Shown piece by piece: positions 19,554 to 29,573 of a DNA stretch of 64,000 bases. A program made the translations under genes and the position numbers. Under the pieces are notes generated by a model. The model was not told the origin of the DNA and searched no databases. It was given only the letters and a program-made list of their open reading frames with translations. How positions within the stretch are numbered: position 1 is the stretch's first letter; each line of letters begins with the position of its first letter. The stretch spans positions 27,517 to 91,516 of the forward strand of contig NZ_JBIVRB010000010.1 in NCBI RefSeq assembly GCF_044755465.1, read 5' to 3'. The DNA comes from Streptomyces sp. NPDC092296. GTDB lineage: Bacteria > Actinomycetota > Actinomycetes > Streptomycetales > Streptomycetaceae.

Positions 19554-21131
19554 TCAGCCGGTCGGCATCGACGTACGGTCCGGCGCGGGCACCTCGGCCG
19601 GAACGCCCGGCGCCCCCGGCAGCCGCCGCAGCAGGATCGCGGCGAGCACCCCGGCCACGGTCAGCAGCACGGCGGCGCCGATGGCGGCGGCGTGCAGCCC
19701 GGAGCAGAAGGCGTCCCGGGCGGCGGCCAGGACGGCGCCCCCGGTCCGCCCCGGCAGCCCGCCCGCCGCCGCCAGTGCGCCGCCCAGCGTCTCGCGGACG
19801 GTGTCCAGGGTCGGGCCGGACAGCCCGGACGGCGCCGCCCGCACCACATCGTGCCGGTACACGGCGGTGCCGATGCTGCCCAGGACGGCCATGCCCAGCG
19901 CACCGCCGAACTCCTGACCGGTCTCCAGCAGCGCCGAAGCGGCCCCCGCGCGCTCCGGCGGCACGCTCCCCAGGAACAGATCGCTCACCAGCGTCATCGC
20001 GGTGACGATGCCCACGGCGGCCACCCCGGCGCCGAGCAGTACCACCCAGAGCGCGGTGTCCGGCCGCAGTACGGTCATCAGCACATAGCCCCCGGCCGCC
20101 AGCAGGAACCCGCCGCCGATCAGCAGCGCCCGGTCCACCCGCCGGCCGAGCACCGCCGCGACCGGTGCCACCGCGCCGACGCCGACCGACGGCACCAGGC
20201 ACCACAGCGCGGCCGTCAGCGGGCTCAGGTCGAGCACCGACTGGAGGTACTGCATCGAGAAGACGGTGAAGCCGACCAGGGCGAACATCGCCACCGCGTT
20301 GACGGTGATCGACCCGCTGAACCCCCGGTCCCGGAAGAGCGCCAGCTCGATCATCGGCTCCGGCCGGGTGCGCTGGCGGTGCAGGAAGACCACGCCGACC
20401 GCCAGCCCGGCCACGACGGCGGCGACCGGAGCAGCGCCGATCCCGTCCGCCGCCAGCTCCTTGAGCCCCCACACCGCCGGCAGCACCGCCGCCAGCGACA
20501 GCGCCGCGCCGAACAGGTCGAACCGGCCCGCCGCCGGATTGCGGGACTCCGGCACCAGCAGCGGGGCCAGCACCAGCAGCAGCACCATGAACGGCGTGTT
20601 GACCAGGAAGACCGACCCCCACCAGAAGTGGTTCAGCAGCAGCCCGCTGAGCACCGGCCCCAGCGAGACCCCGGCCGCCGAGACCGCCGTCCAGACGGCG
20701 ACGGCGGTGCCGCGCTGCCGCGCGTTGTGGAACATGTTGCGGATCAGCGCCAGCGTGGAGGGCATCAGGGTGGCCCCGCCGATGCCGAGCAGCGCCCGGC
20801 AGCCGATCAGCATCTCCGCGCTGGTGGCGTACGCGGCCGCGACCGACGCCGCGCCGAACGCCGTCGCACCGATCGTCAGCAGCCGTCGGCGGCCGATCCG
20901 GTCGCCCAGCGATCCCATGGTGATCAGCAGCCCGGCCAGTACGAAACCGTAGATGTCGAACATCCACAGCTGCTCGGTGCCGCTGGGCTCCAGGTCCCGG
21001 CTGATGAACGGCACCGCGAAGTACAGCACCGACACATCCATCGTGGCCAGCAGCAACGGCAGCAGCAGCACCCCCAGCCCGATCCACTCCCGGCGTCCCG
21101 CGAGCGGGCCGCCGACTGCGCTGTCGTCCAT
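19554..21131 (-). CDS. MFS transporter, DHA2-like 14-TMS drug:H+ antiporter
   Basis: The protein starts at ATG 21131 with SD GGAGAAG, giving MDDSAVGGPLAGRREWIGLGVLLLP... It has the MFS motif region LGDRIGRRRLL and multiple hydrophobic segments. The track's 539-aa version is over-extended by 14 aa. Confidence 0.85.
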   Translation of the reverse strand: MDDSAVGGPLAGRREWIGLGVLLLPLLLATMDVSVLYFAVPFISRDLEPSGTEQLWMFDIYGFVLAGLLITMGSLGDRIGRRRLLTIGATAFGAASVAAAYATSAEMLIGCRALLGIGGATLMPSTLALIRNMFHNARQRGTAVAVWTAVSAAGVSLGPVLSGLLLNHFWWGSVFLVNTPFMVLLLVLAPLLVPESRNPAAGRFDLFGAALSLAAVLPAVWGLKELAADGIGAAPVAAVVAGLAVGVVFLHRQRTRPEPMIELALFRDRGFSGSITVNAVAMFALVGFTVFSMQYLQSVLDLSPLTAALWCLVPSVGVGAVAPVAAVLGRRVDRALLIGGGFLLAAGGYVLMTVLRPDTALWVVLLGAGVAAVGIVTAMTLVSDLFLGSVPPERAGAASALLETGQEFGGALGMAVLGSIGTAVYRHDVVRAAPSGLSGPTLDTVRETLGGALAAAGGLPGRTGGAVLAAARDAFCSGLHAAAIGAAVLLTVAGVLAAILLRRLPGAPGVPAEVPAPDRTSMPTG

Positions 21132-21307
21132 GGCTTCTCCTGTCTGTACGGCGTACGAACCCGGACACCGCACACCGTACGAGGAACCCGGCGTACGGCG
21201 GAAGCAATCCGCTGTTCACCGGCCGCCATGCCTAGTGCACCAGCCGGTACACCCTGCCCTGAGCTGCCGGTTCTGCTAGCCTCGCCCCGTCCAGTGCACT
21301 AGTACGC

Positions 21308-22276
21308 ATGGAGGTGGCCGTGAGCCGGTCCGACGTACCGTCCGACTCGCCGTACACCCGGATCGCCCAGCAGATCCGGCAGCGCATCGAGACGGGGGAG
21401 CTGGCACCGGGCGACCGGGTGCCGTCGACCCGGCAGATCACCCGGGAGTGGGGCGTGGCGATGGCCACCGCCGGCAAGGTGCTGGCCGCGCTGCGGCAGG
21501 AGGGGCTGGTACGGGCGGTGCCCGGGGTGGGTACGGTCGTGGCCGCCGGGTCCGCGCCGCCCGCCCGCCGCCGGGAGCGGCCCGGCGGCGGACCGGAGGT
21601 CACCCGGGAGCGCATCGTGCGCGTCGCGATCGAGTGCGCCGACGCGGAGGGCCTGGCGGCGCTCTCCATGCGGCGGGTGGCGGCCGAGTTCGGCGTCGCT
21701 ACCATGACGCTCTACCACTATGTGCCGAGCAAGGACGAGTTGGTGCTGCTGATGGCCGACGCCGCGCTGGGTGAGGAGCGGCTGCCGGACACCCCGCCGC
21801 CGGGCTGGCGGGCGCAGCTGGAGCTGCTGGCCCGGCTCCAGTGGGCGGCCTACCGGCGCCACCCCTGGCTGGCGACGGTGATCTCGATGACCAGGCCGCA
21901 GCCGCTGCTCAAGGGCATGCGGCACACCGAGATGGCGCTGGCCGCGCTGGCGGGCAGCGGGCTGCCGCACGACGCGGTGCTGCATGCGGCCATCACCGTG
22001 ATCGGCTATGTGCGGGGGACCGCCGTCAGCCTGGAGGCGGAGGCGGAGGCCCGGCGGGAGACCGGCCTGACCGACCAGGAGTGGCTGGAGCGGCAGGACC
22101 CGTACTGGGAGCGGCTGATGGCGGACGGCGGCTTCCCCGAGCTGGCCCGCTTCACCCAGGGCGAGGACGTGGCGATGGACACCGACTCGCTGTTCGAGTT
22201 CGGCCTGCGGCGGCTGCTGGACGGGCTGGCGGTGTTCATCGGGCAGCAGCGGGCGGCCCGGCGCGCGTCCGGATGA
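21308..22276 (+). CDS. Dual-HTH transcriptional regulator: N-terminal GntR-type wHTH fused to TetR-type HTH and ligand domain
   Basis: The GntR-like region is YTRIAQQIRQRIETGELAPGDRVPSTRQITREWGVAMATAGKVLAALRQEGLV. The TetR-like region is TRERIVRVAIECADAEGLAALSMRRVAAEFGVATMTLYHYVPSKDELV. The gene is divergent from the MFS gene. Confidence 0.8.
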   Translation: MEVAVSRSDVPSDSPYTRIAQQIRQRIETGELAPGDRVPSTRQITREWGVAMATAGKVLAALRQEGLVRAVPGVGTVVAAGSAPPARRRERPGGGPEVTRERIVRVAIECADAEGLAALSMRRVAAEFGVATMTLYHYVPSKDELVLLMADAALGEERLPDTPPPGWRAQLELLARLQWAAYRRHPWLATVISMTRPQPLLKGMRHTEMALAALAGSGLPHDAVLHAAITVIGYVRGTAVSLEAEAEARRETGLTDQEWLERQDPYWERLMADGGFPELARFTQGEDVAMDTDSLFEFGLRRLLDGLAVFIGQQRAARRASG

Positions 22277-22385
22277 CAGCCGGTTCACCTGCTGTTCACA
22301 TAAGGGGAACAACCGGGAAACGGCGTCTTGCCAAGCTTCCCCCAGTCGCACCGAACACCCCGCCCGGACGCAAGGGAAGCCAGCC

Positions 22386-23405
22386 GTGAGCTACAAGGCC
22401 GAGTACATCTGGATCGACGGCACCCAGCCGACCGCCAAGCTGCGCTCCAAGACCAGGATTCTCGCCGACGGCGCCCCCCTCCCGGACTGGGGCTTCGACG
22501 GCTCCAGCACCAACCAGGCCGTGGGCCACGCCTCGGACCGCGTCCTCAAGCCCGCGTTCTCCTGCCCCGACCCGATCCGTGGCGGTGACCACGTCCTGGT
22601 GCTCTGCGAGGTGTACAACACCGACGGCACCCCGCACGAGAGCAACACCCGCGCCCTGCTCCGCCCGGTGGCCGAGAAGTTCGCCGCCCAGGAGCCGATC
22701 TTCGGCATCGAGCAGGAGTACACCTTCTTCGAGGGCAGCCGCCCGCTGGGCTTCCCGGAGAACGGCTACCCGGCCCCGCAGGGCGGCTACTACTGCGGCG
22801 TCGGCGCCGACGAGATCTTCGGCCGGGAGATCGTCGAGAAGCACCTCGACAACTGCCTCGCCGCCGGGCTCGGCATCTGCGGCATCAACGCCGAGGTCAT
22901 GCCCGGCCAGTGGGAGTTCCAGGTCGGCCCGCTCTCCCCGCTGGAGGTCTCCGACCAGCTGTGGATGGCCCGCTGGCTGCTCTACCGCACCGCCGAGGAC
23001 TTCGGCGTCTCCGCCACCCTGGACGCCAAGCCGGCCAAGGGCGACTGGAACGGCGCCGGCGCGCACACCAACTTCTCCACCCGGGCGATGCGCGAGGGCT
23101 ACGACCCGATCATCACCGCCTGCGAGGCGCTGGGCCAGGGCGACAAGCCGCTGGAGCACGTCAAGCACTACGGCTTCGGCATCGAGAGCCGCCTCACCGG
23201 CCTGCACGAGACCGCCCCGTGGAACGAGTACAGCTACGGCGTCTCCGACCGTGGCGCCTCGGTCCGCATCCCCTGGCAGGTCGAGGTCGAGAAGAAGGGC
23301 TACATCGAGGACCGGCGGCCCAACGCCAACGTCGACCCGTACGTCGTCACCCGGCTGATCGTCGACACCTGCTGCACCGCCCTGGACCGCGCCGAGCAGG
23401 TCTGA
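22386..23405 (+). CDS. glnII: Glutamine synthetase type II (eukaryote-like GSII)
   Basis: The 339-aa protein MSYKAEYIWIDGTQPTAKLRSKTRIL...GPLPDWGFDGSSTNQA... corresponds closely to Streptomyces GlnII by memory. It starts at GTG. Confidence 0.9.
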   Translation: MSYKAEYIWIDGTQPTAKLRSKTRILADGAPLPDWGFDGSSTNQAVGHASDRVLKPAFSCPDPIRGGDHVLVLCEVYNTDGTPHESNTRALLRPVAEKFAAQEPIFGIEQEYTFFEGSRPLGFPENGYPAPQGGYYCGVGADEIFGREIVEKHLDNCLAAGLGICGINAEVMPGQWEFQVGPLSPLEVSDQLWMARWLLYRTAEDFGVSATLDAKPAKGDWNGAGAHTNFSTRAMREGYDPIITACEALGQGDKPLEHVKHYGFGIESRLTGLHETAPWNEYSYGVSDRGASVRIPWQVEVEKKGYIEDRRPNANVDPYVVTRLIVDTCCTALDRAEQV

Positions 23406-23416
23406 CCCCCCCGAAC

Positions 23417-23452
23417 ACCCGGTGCCCGTCGGATGGATCGTCCGACGGGCAC
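23417..23452. terminator. Perfect hairpin after glnII
   Basis: The inverted repeat is gtgcccgtcgga-tggatcg-tccgacgggcac. Confidence 0.6.
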
Positions 23453-23593
23453 CGCGGTACGCCCAGCCACCCCCGGCGCCCCTCGGCTCGGCCGGCGGGT
23501 GCGCCCCCGTCAGGGGTGCGGGGACTGCGCGACCCGCCACCCACGGACGTGGAGCACCCAGCGCCCCCGCAGCGCACAGCCGCCGCAGCCCGT

Positions 23594-24649
23594 TCAGGGG
23601 CTCAGCGCGGCGGCGAGGGCGGTGAGGAAGGGGTCGGTGATGGTCGGGGGGCGGACGGCGATGCGGAGCCAGTCCGGGCCGAGGCCGGGGAAGGTGTCGC
23701 CCCGGCGGACGGCGTAGCCGGCGTCCCGCAGCCGGGAGCGGACCGCCGCCGCGTCGGGCAGCTCCACCAGCACGAAGGAGGCCGCCGGCTCCCCGTGCAC
23801 CCGGACCGATGGCAGCGCCGCCAGCCCGGCCAGCAGCTGGGCGCGGTGCTCGGCGGTGGTACGGGCGGCCTGCTCGGCCTCGGCCAGGGCGCGCGGCGAG
23901 CAGCAGGCCTCGGCGGCGGCCAGCGCCGGGGTGGAGACCGGCCACAGCGGCTGGCTGCGGGACAGCTCGGCGAGCAGCGGCGCCGCCGCCAGCACGTACC
24001 CGATCCGCAGCCCGGCCAGCCCCCAGGTCTTGGTGAGGCTGCGCAGCACCACCAGCCCCGGCAGGCCGCCGCGCCCGGCCAGGCTCTCGGCCTCGCCGGG
24101 GACGGTGTCCGCGAACGCCTCGTCCACCACCAGGGTGCGCCCCGGCCGGGCCAGCGCGGCCAGCACCCCCGCCGGGTGCAGGACCGAGGTGGGGTTGGTG
24201 GGGTTGCCGACCACCACCAGGTCGGCGTCGTCCGGTACGGCGGCCGGGTCCAGCCGGAAGCCGTCCCCGGCCCGCAGCAGCACCCGCTCCACGGCGTGCC
24301 CGGCGTCCCGCAGGGCCGCTTCCGGCTCGGTGAACTGCGGGTGCACCACCACGGCCCGGCGTGGCCGCAGCGTACGGGCCAGCAGGACGAACGCCTCGGC
24401 GGCGCCCGAGGTCAGCAGCACCTCCCCGACCGGCCTGCCGTGCCGGGCGGCGACCGCCGCGCGGGCCGGGCCGCCGTCGGGGTAGGCGGCCAGGTCGTCC
24501 AGGGTGGCGGCGAGCCGGTCGCGCAGCCAGCCGGGCGGGGTGCCGGTGCGGACGTTGACGGCCAGGTCGACCAGGCCGCCGGACCGCACCTCGGCGTCGC
24601 CGTGGTGGCGCAGGTCGGGTTCGGCGGCCGCCGCCGGGTCAGTGCGCAT
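23594..24649 (-). CDS. L-threonine-O-3-phosphate decarboxylase / histidinol-phosphate-aminotransferase-like class II PLP enzyme (cobalamin aminopropanol arm)
   Basis: The 351-aa protein has an aminotransferase class I/II fold (..LVVGNPTNPT.., ..RSLTKTWGLAGLRIGY..) and is last in the cob operon. Its start is adjacent to the cbiX stop. Confidence 0.7.
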   Translation of the reverse strand: MRTDPAAAAEPDLRHHGDAEVRSGGLVDLAVNVRTGTPPGWLRDRLAATLDDLAAYPDGGPARAAVAARHGRPVGEVLLTSGAAEAFVLLARTLRPRRAVVVHPQFTEPEAALRDAGHAVERVLLRAGDGFRLDPAAVPDDADLVVVGNPTNPTSVLHPAGVLAALARPGRTLVVDEAFADTVPGEAESLAGRGGLPGLVVLRSLTKTWGLAGLRIGYVLAAAPLLAELSRSQPLWPVSTPALAAAEACCSPRALAEAEQAARTTAEHRAQLLAGLAALPSVRVHGEPAASFVLVELPDAAAVRSRLRDAGYAVRRGDTFPGLGPDWLRIAVRPPTITDPFLTALAAALSP

Positions 24650-25550
24650 GGCTGTGCCCGTGCTGGTGCCCGTGCCCGTGGCTGTGGCCCGGGTCGTCCG
24701 GGTGGTGGTGCGGGCGCTGCTCGGCGCCGACCTTGTCCTCGAAGCCGGGCATGGCGACCCGGTACACGCAGGTGTCGCAGTTCATCCGCAGGTCGCCGGC
24801 CAGCGCCTCGCGGTAGCGCTCCAGGACCAGTTCGGCCAGCTCCTCGGTGGCGCCCATCACCCCGGCGCGCCGCACCTCGACCTCGGGGTGCGCGGCGGCC
24901 CACTCGGCGGCCTGCTGGTCGACCCGGTCCGGGAGTATGCCGGTGAACAGGAAGTACGGCAGTACGACGATCCGACCGGCGCCGAGCCGACGGCAGCGCT
25001 CCAGCCCGGCCGGAACGTCCGGGTCCGCCAGCGAGACGAACGCGGCCTCCACCCCGGCCAGGCCCCGCCCCTCCCAGAGCAGCCGGGCGACCTTGAGCAC
25101 CTCGGCGTTGGCGTCCGGGTCGGTGGACCCCCGGCCGACCAGCAGCACGGTGGTCTCCGCCCGGTCCGCCGGGTCCAGCACCTCGTCCAGCCGCCGCTCC
25201 AGGACGGTCAGCAGCGCCGGGTGCGGCCCCAGCGGGCGGCCGTACGAGAAGGCGGTGCCCTGGTGGCGCTCCTTCTCCCGCACCAGCGCCGCCGGGATGT
25301 CCCCCTTGGCGTGCCCGGCGGAGACCAGCACCAGCGGCACCGCCGCGAACCGGCGGGCACCGGCTGCGACCAGCTCCGCCACCGCGTCCGCCAGCGGCGG
25401 CGGCGACAGCTCGATGAAGCCGCCGCCCACCGGCACCCCGGGCAGCCGCCCGCGCAGGCCGTCGACGAAGGTGCGGAACGCCTCGGCGCCGGCGTCGTCA
25501 CGGGTGCCGTGTCCGACGAGGAGCAGTGCGGGCGGCTGGGGCGAGGTCAC
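24639..25550 (-). CDS. cbiX: Sirohydrochlorin cobaltochelatase CbiX (long form, His-rich C-terminus)
   Basis: GTG at 25550 gives VTSPQPPALLLVGHGTRD... The protein has two CbiX-like halves and a C-terminal tail HHHPDDPGHSHGHGHQHGHSHAH. The track ORF 24639..26366 is over-extended. Confidence 0.8.
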   Translation of the reverse strand: MTSPQPPALLLVGHGTRDDAGAEAFRTFVDGLRGRLPGVPVGGGFIELSPPPLADAVAELVAAGARRFAAVPLVLVSAGHAKGDIPAALVREKERHQGTAFSYGRPLGPHPALLTVLERRLDEVLDPADRAETTVLLVGRGSTDPDANAEVLKVARLLWEGRGLAGVEAAFVSLADPDVPAGLERCRRLGAGRIVVLPYFLFTGILPDRVDQQAAEWAAAHPEVEVRRAGVMGATEELAELVLERYREALAGDLRMNCDTCVYRVAMPGFEDKVGAEQRPHHHPDDPGHSHGHGHQHGHSHAH

Positions 25551-25603
25551 GTGGGGTCTCCGGGGATGAGGGGGAGGGGGACGGTGCGTACGGGCGGTGG
25601 CGG

Positions 25604-27307
25604 TCACTGCTGCCAGCGGTAGCCGCGCGGGGTGACCATGCGGCCGCCGACCCGGCGGGTCGCGGTGTTGCCGACGGTCACCACGGTGGTCATGTCGACG
25701 GTGGCGACGTCCAGCGCGGCCAGCGTGGTGACCGTGTGCCACTCGTCGGGCCGCGAGACGCCGTGGGCGACGCCGACCGGGGTGTCGGGGGTGCGGTGCG
25801 CGGCCAGCAGGTCCAGCGCCTTGGGCAGCTGCCAGTGGCGGCCCCGGCTGCGCGGGTTGTAGAAGGTCACCACCAGGTCGGCTTCGGCGGCGGCCCGCAC
25901 CCGCCGCTCGATGACCTCCCACGGGGTGTGCAGGTCGGAGAGGCTGATCGACACATGGTCGTGGCCCAGCGGGGCGCCCAGCAGCGCGGCGGCGGCCAGC
26001 GCGGCGGTCACCCCGGGCACGCCCACCACGTCGATGTCGTCGCCGGCCTCGGCCAGCGCGGGCGACGCCATGGCGTACACCCCGGCGTCGCCGCTGCCGA
26101 TCAGCGCCACCGCCAGGCCCGCGCGGGCCAGCCGCACCGCGCTGCGGGCCCGCTCCTCCTCCGCGCCCAGGCCGGACTCCTCGACCCGGGTGCCGGGCCG
26201 CAGCAGGTCGCGGATCTGGTCGACGTACTGGTCCAGGCCGACCACCACCGAGGCGCGGCGCAGCTCGGCGCGGGCGCGCGGGGTCAGCAGGTCCCGGGCG
26301 CCGGGGCCCAGGCCGACCAGCGCCAGCCGGCCGCGCACCGCGCGCCGGGCGACGGCCACGGTGCACATCGCGGCGCGGCCCCCGGGGCTCGACCTGCGCT
26401 TGGGGACGAGCAGTTCGCCGCCGGGCGCGTCGGTCAGCGCGGCGGCCTCCGCGACGCTCGGCGTGCCGACGGCGGCCAGCGGCGCGGCGGAGGGGTTGGG
26501 CACCTCGACGGCGGCCAGTACCTCGGCGGGGTGGGTCACCACCGGTACGCCGAGCCGGCGGGCGGCTGCCAGGATGCCCGCCTCGTCGGCCTTGGCGTCC
26601 ACGGTGGACAGCTGCGCCACCGAGGCGGCGGACAGCCCCGCGTCGGTGAGCGCCGCCATGACCAGGTCGTATACCTCCTCGGCCGGTACGCCCCGGCTGG
26701 CGCCCACCCCGACCACCAGCGAGGCGGGCCGCAGTACGGCGGCGGGGGAGCCGCCGGGGGCCGCGACCGTGTCGCTGATCCGCAGCACGGGCGCGTCGGC
26801 GGGCGCGTCGGCGCGGACGCAGGGCGGCAGCGCGGGCAGCGGGTACGGGCGGTCGGCGGCCAGCCGTACCGGGGAGCCGTCCAGGATCGCCCGGGAGACC
26901 GCCGCCACCGCGCCCTCCACCGGCAGCCCCAGGGTGTCCAGCCCCGGGACGCCGGTGGCGTCGGTGGCCGTGGTCACCACCGGCTGCCCGCCGAGCACCC
27001 CGGCGACCTCACCGGCCAGCGCGTTGGCCCCGCCGCCGTGGCCGCCCAGCAGCGCCACCGCGAAGCGGCGGCCCTCGTCCACGCAGACCACGCCGGGGTC
27101 GGCGGCCTTCCCGGCCAGCAGCGGGGCGACCAGCCGTACGGTCGCGCCGGTGGCCAGGAAGCACACCAACTGCTCGCACTCGGCGAAGGCGGCGCGCACG
27201 GCGTCGGCCACCGGGCCGTCGTACGCGGTGGTGCGGCCGGGCCACGCGGCGGCCAGCTCGGCGGCGGCGCGGCGGCCGGCGGCGGTGGCGGCGATCAGTC
27301 CGATCAC
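25604..27307 (-). CDS. CbiG / precorrin-3B C17-methyltransferase (CobJ/CbiH) fusion protein
   Basis: GTG at 27307 (SD GGAGG) gives VIGLIAATAAGR... The N-terminal half is CbiG-like. The C-terminal half is a tetrapyrrole methylase (LALVGLGPG..DLLT.., VALIGSGDAGVYAMAS..). The track's 726-aa version is Arg-rich and over-extended. A GTGA overlap joins it to the cobL stop. Confidence 0.8.
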   Translation of the reverse strand: MIGLIAATAAGRRAAAELAAAWPGRTTAYDGPVADAVRAAFAECEQLVCFLATGATVRLVAPLLAGKAADPGVVCVDEGRRFAVALLGGHGGGANALAGEVAGVLGGQPVVTTATDATGVPGLDTLGLPVEGAVAAVSRAILDGSPVRLAADRPYPLPALPPCVRADAPADAPVLRISDTVAAPGGSPAAVLRPASLVVGVGASRGVPAEEVYDLVMAALTDAGLSAASVAQLSTVDAKADEAGILAAARRLGVPVVTHPAEVLAAVEVPNPSAAPLAAVGTPSVAEAAALTDAPGGELLVPKRRSSPGGRAAMCTVAVARRAVRGRLALVGLGPGARDLLTPRARAELRRASVVVGLDQYVDQIRDLLRPGTRVEESGLGAEEERARSAVRLARAGLAVALIGSGDAGVYAMASPALAEAGDDIDVVGVPGVTAALAAAALLGAPLGHDHVSISLSDLHTPWEVIERRVRAAAEADLVVTFYNPRSRGRHWQLPKALDLLAAHRTPDTPVGVAHGVSRPDEWHTVTTLAALDVATVDMTTVVTVGNTATRRVGGRMVTPRGYRWQQ

Positions 27308-28647
27308 GGGTGGGTGCCTCCTGGGGCGGGGTGGTGCCCGCGCTCGGCGGCGGGTCGGGGGTGGGGGTGCGGGTCGGTGGCGGGGCGGCGGCCCCAGAGC
27401 ACGAAGACCGGGTTGGCCGCAGCCAGCCGGCTGACCCCGCCGGGCAGCGGCGCCAGCCGGGAGGCCTGGAGCAGGACGCCGTCGCAGGTCAGCCCGGCGG
27501 CGGTCAGCGCCTCCCGTACGGCGGGCACCCGGTCGAGCGCGGCCAGCGTGACGACGACGGTGCGGCGGGCCCGGCTGGCGCAGGCGGCGACCACGGCGGG
27601 CAGGTCGCCACCGCCGCCGCCGACGAAGACCGCGTCCGGGGCGGGCAGCCCGGCCAGCGCCCCAGGCGCCCGGCCGTGCACCACCGAGACGTCCACGCCG
27701 TGCGCGCGGGCGTTGGCCCGGATGCGGGCCACCCCGTCGGCGTCCTGCTCCACCGCGACGGCGGCGGCGCCGAACCGGGCGCACTCCACCGCCACCGAGC
27801 CGCTGCCCGCGCCGACGTCCCAGACCAGCTCGCCGGTGCGCGGCCCCAGCCGGGCCAGCGCCAGCGCCCGGACCTCCGCCTTGGTGACCATCGAGTCGCG
27901 GTGCTCGAACGCCGCCTCCGGCAGCGCCCAGCCGTCCGGCGTGCCTGGTGCCCCGGCCAGCGCGCGCATCGGGCCCAGCCCGCCGCCGGGGGCCAGGCAG
28001 AGCACCAGGTTGACGGCCGGCCAGTCGCGGGCGGCGGCCTCGGCCGGGTCCAGCTCCTCGACCGCCTCACCGGGGCCGCCCAGGTCCGAGGCGACGATCA
28101 GCCGCCGCTCGATGCCGGGGGTGCGCAGCAGCGCGGCGGCGAGTTCGGCGGGCCCGGCGCCGGGTGCGGTCAGCACGGCCGTCTTGCGGTGCGCCCGGCA
28201 GACGTTGTACGCGGTGTGCGGGGCCCTGCCGTGCGCGCTGACCACCACCGCGTCGTCCCAGGGAAGCCCGAGCCGGGCGAACGCCTCCGCCACCGACGAG
28301 GTGTCGGGGCGCACCTCCAGCCGCTCCGGGCCGAACCGCTCCGCCAGCGCCCGTACGACCCCGAAGAACCCGGGGTCGCCGGAGGCCAGCACCACCGGCC
28401 GGCCGCCCCGGGCCAGCTCGGCGGCGACGGCGTCCAGCGCCGGGGCCAGCGGGCCGAGCACCACCCGGCGGGCCGCCGGCGGCAGCGGCGCGGCGGCCAG
28501 GTGGCGGCGGGCACCGGCGACCAGGGTCGCGGCCGCCAGCGTGGCGGTGTCCTCGGGCGGCAGCGGGTGGCGCCCCCGGCCGAGGACGGTGATCGCGCCG
28601 CCGCCCGGGTCGGTGCGGCGGCCGGGCGGTGCGGGTGGGCTGGTCAT
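27304..28647 (-). CDS. cobL: Precorrin-6Y C5,15-methyltransferase (decarboxylating), CbiE+CbiT fusion
   Basis: The 447-aa protein has a tetrapyrrole-methylase N-domain (VLASGDPGFFG) and a class I SAM MTase C-domain (VWDVGAGSGSVAVE). ATG with SD GAGGAGGG. Confidence 0.85.
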   Translation of the reverse strand: MTSPPAPPGRRTDPGGGAITVLGRGRHPLPPEDTATLAAATLVAGARRHLAAAPLPPAARRVVLGPLAPALDAVAAELARGGRPVVLASGDPGFFGVVRALAERFGPERLEVRPDTSSVAEAFARLGLPWDDAVVVSAHGRAPHTAYNVCRAHRKTAVLTAPGAGPAELAAALLRTPGIERRLIVASDLGGPGEAVEELDPAEAAARDWPAVNLVLCLAPGGGLGPMRALAGAPGTPDGWALPEAAFEHRDSMVTKAEVRALALARLGPRTGELVWDVGAGSGSVAVECARFGAAAVAVEQDADGVARIRANARAHGVDVSVVHGRAPGALAGLPAPDAVFVGGGGGDLPAVVAACASRARRTVVVTLAALDRVPAVREALTAAGLTCDGVLLQASRLAPLPGGVSRLAAANPVFVLWGRRPATDPHPHPRPAAERGHHPAPGGTHP

Positions 28648-28736
28648 GCGGGGGCGGCCCTCCTCTCGGGGGAGCGGCGGGGGTGGGCGTGCGGCCTACG
28701 GGCGTGCGGGCGCGCGGGAGGTGTGGGCGCGCGGGG

Positions 28737-29573
28737 TCAGCTCTCCGGCTGGGCGGGGGCGGCGGCGCCCTCGGTGCGCAGGGTGCGCCGGGCCCGCCGG
28801 TCGGCCTTGCGGAAGGTGTGGAAGTGCCCCGGGTGGTACAGGTGCGAGCGGGTGCCCTCGGCGCCCAGCGCCGGGCCGACCAGGAACAGGGTGTGCTTCC
28901 ACAGCTTGTGCGCCTTGACGGTGGCCTCCAGGGTGCCGACCGTGCAGTGCAGCACCAGCTCCTCCGGCCAGGTCGCCTGGTGCGCGACCACCACCGGGGT
29001 CTCCTCGGCGTAGCCGCCCTCCCGCAGCTCGGCGGCCAGCTGGCCGCTGCGCGCCGCCGACAGGAAGATCGCCATGGTGGTGCCGTGCCGGGCGAACTCC
29101 CGCACCTCCTCGCCCGGCGGCATCGGCGTCTTGCCGCCGCCGAGCCGGGTCAGGATCACCGACTGGGCCACCTCGGGCACGGTCAGCTCCCGCTGCGCGA
29201 TGGCCGCCACCGCCGAGAACGACGACACGCCGGGCACGATCTCGGTCTCCAGGCCCAGCTCCCGGCAGCGCTCCAGCTGCTCCTGCACCGCGCCCCAGAG
29301 CGACGGGTCCCCGGAGTGGATGCGGGCCACCTGGAGGCCGTCGCGGGCGGCCTCCTCGTACACCGCGAGGACGTCCTCCATCGGCACCAGCGAGGAGTCC
29401 AGCACCCGGGCCCCCGGGCGGGCGTGCTCCAGCACCTCGGCCTGCACCAGGCTGGCCGCCCAGACCACCACGTCGGCCGCGCCGATCGCTCGGGCGGCCC
29501 GGAAGGTCAGCAGGTCGGCCGCCCCGGGACCGGCGCCGACGAAGGTCACCTTGCCGCTGGTCGTACCGGTCAC
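28737..29573 (-). CDS. cobM: Precorrin-4 C11-methyltransferase
   Basis: GTG at 29573 (SD GAGGGGGAAAG) gives VTGTTSGKVTFVGAGPGAADLLT..., about 278 aa. The track's 549-aa ORF is over-extended. Confidence 0.85.
   Translation of the reverse strand: MTGTTSGKVTFVGAGPGAADLLTFRAARAIGAADVVVWAASLVQAEVLEHARPGARVLDSSLVPMEDVLAVYEEAARDGLQVARIHSGDPSLWGAVQEQLERCRELGLETEIVPGVSSFSAVAAIAQRELTVPEVAQSVILTRLGGGKTPMPPGEEVREFARHGTTMAIFLSAARSGQLAAELREGGYAEETPVVVAHQATWPEELVLHCTVGTLEATVKAHKLWKHTLFLVGPALGAEGTRSHLYHPGHFHTFRKADRRARRTLRTEGAAAPAQPES

Noticed and set aside
18064-21219. 1051-aa minus-strand ORF across the LPXTG protein and MFS gene
   Set aside because: It is mostly antisense to the LPXTG gene and is Arg/Gly-rich. 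Only the 19554-21131 portion, in a different frame, is the real MFS gene.
25526-28918. 1130-aa plus-strand ORF, with similar long plus ORFs at 22910-24946, 40446-44153 and 43040-46246
   Set aside because: They are antisense to the cob genes and have junk composition (RGGAGR...) and no domains. They are high-GC shadow ORFs.
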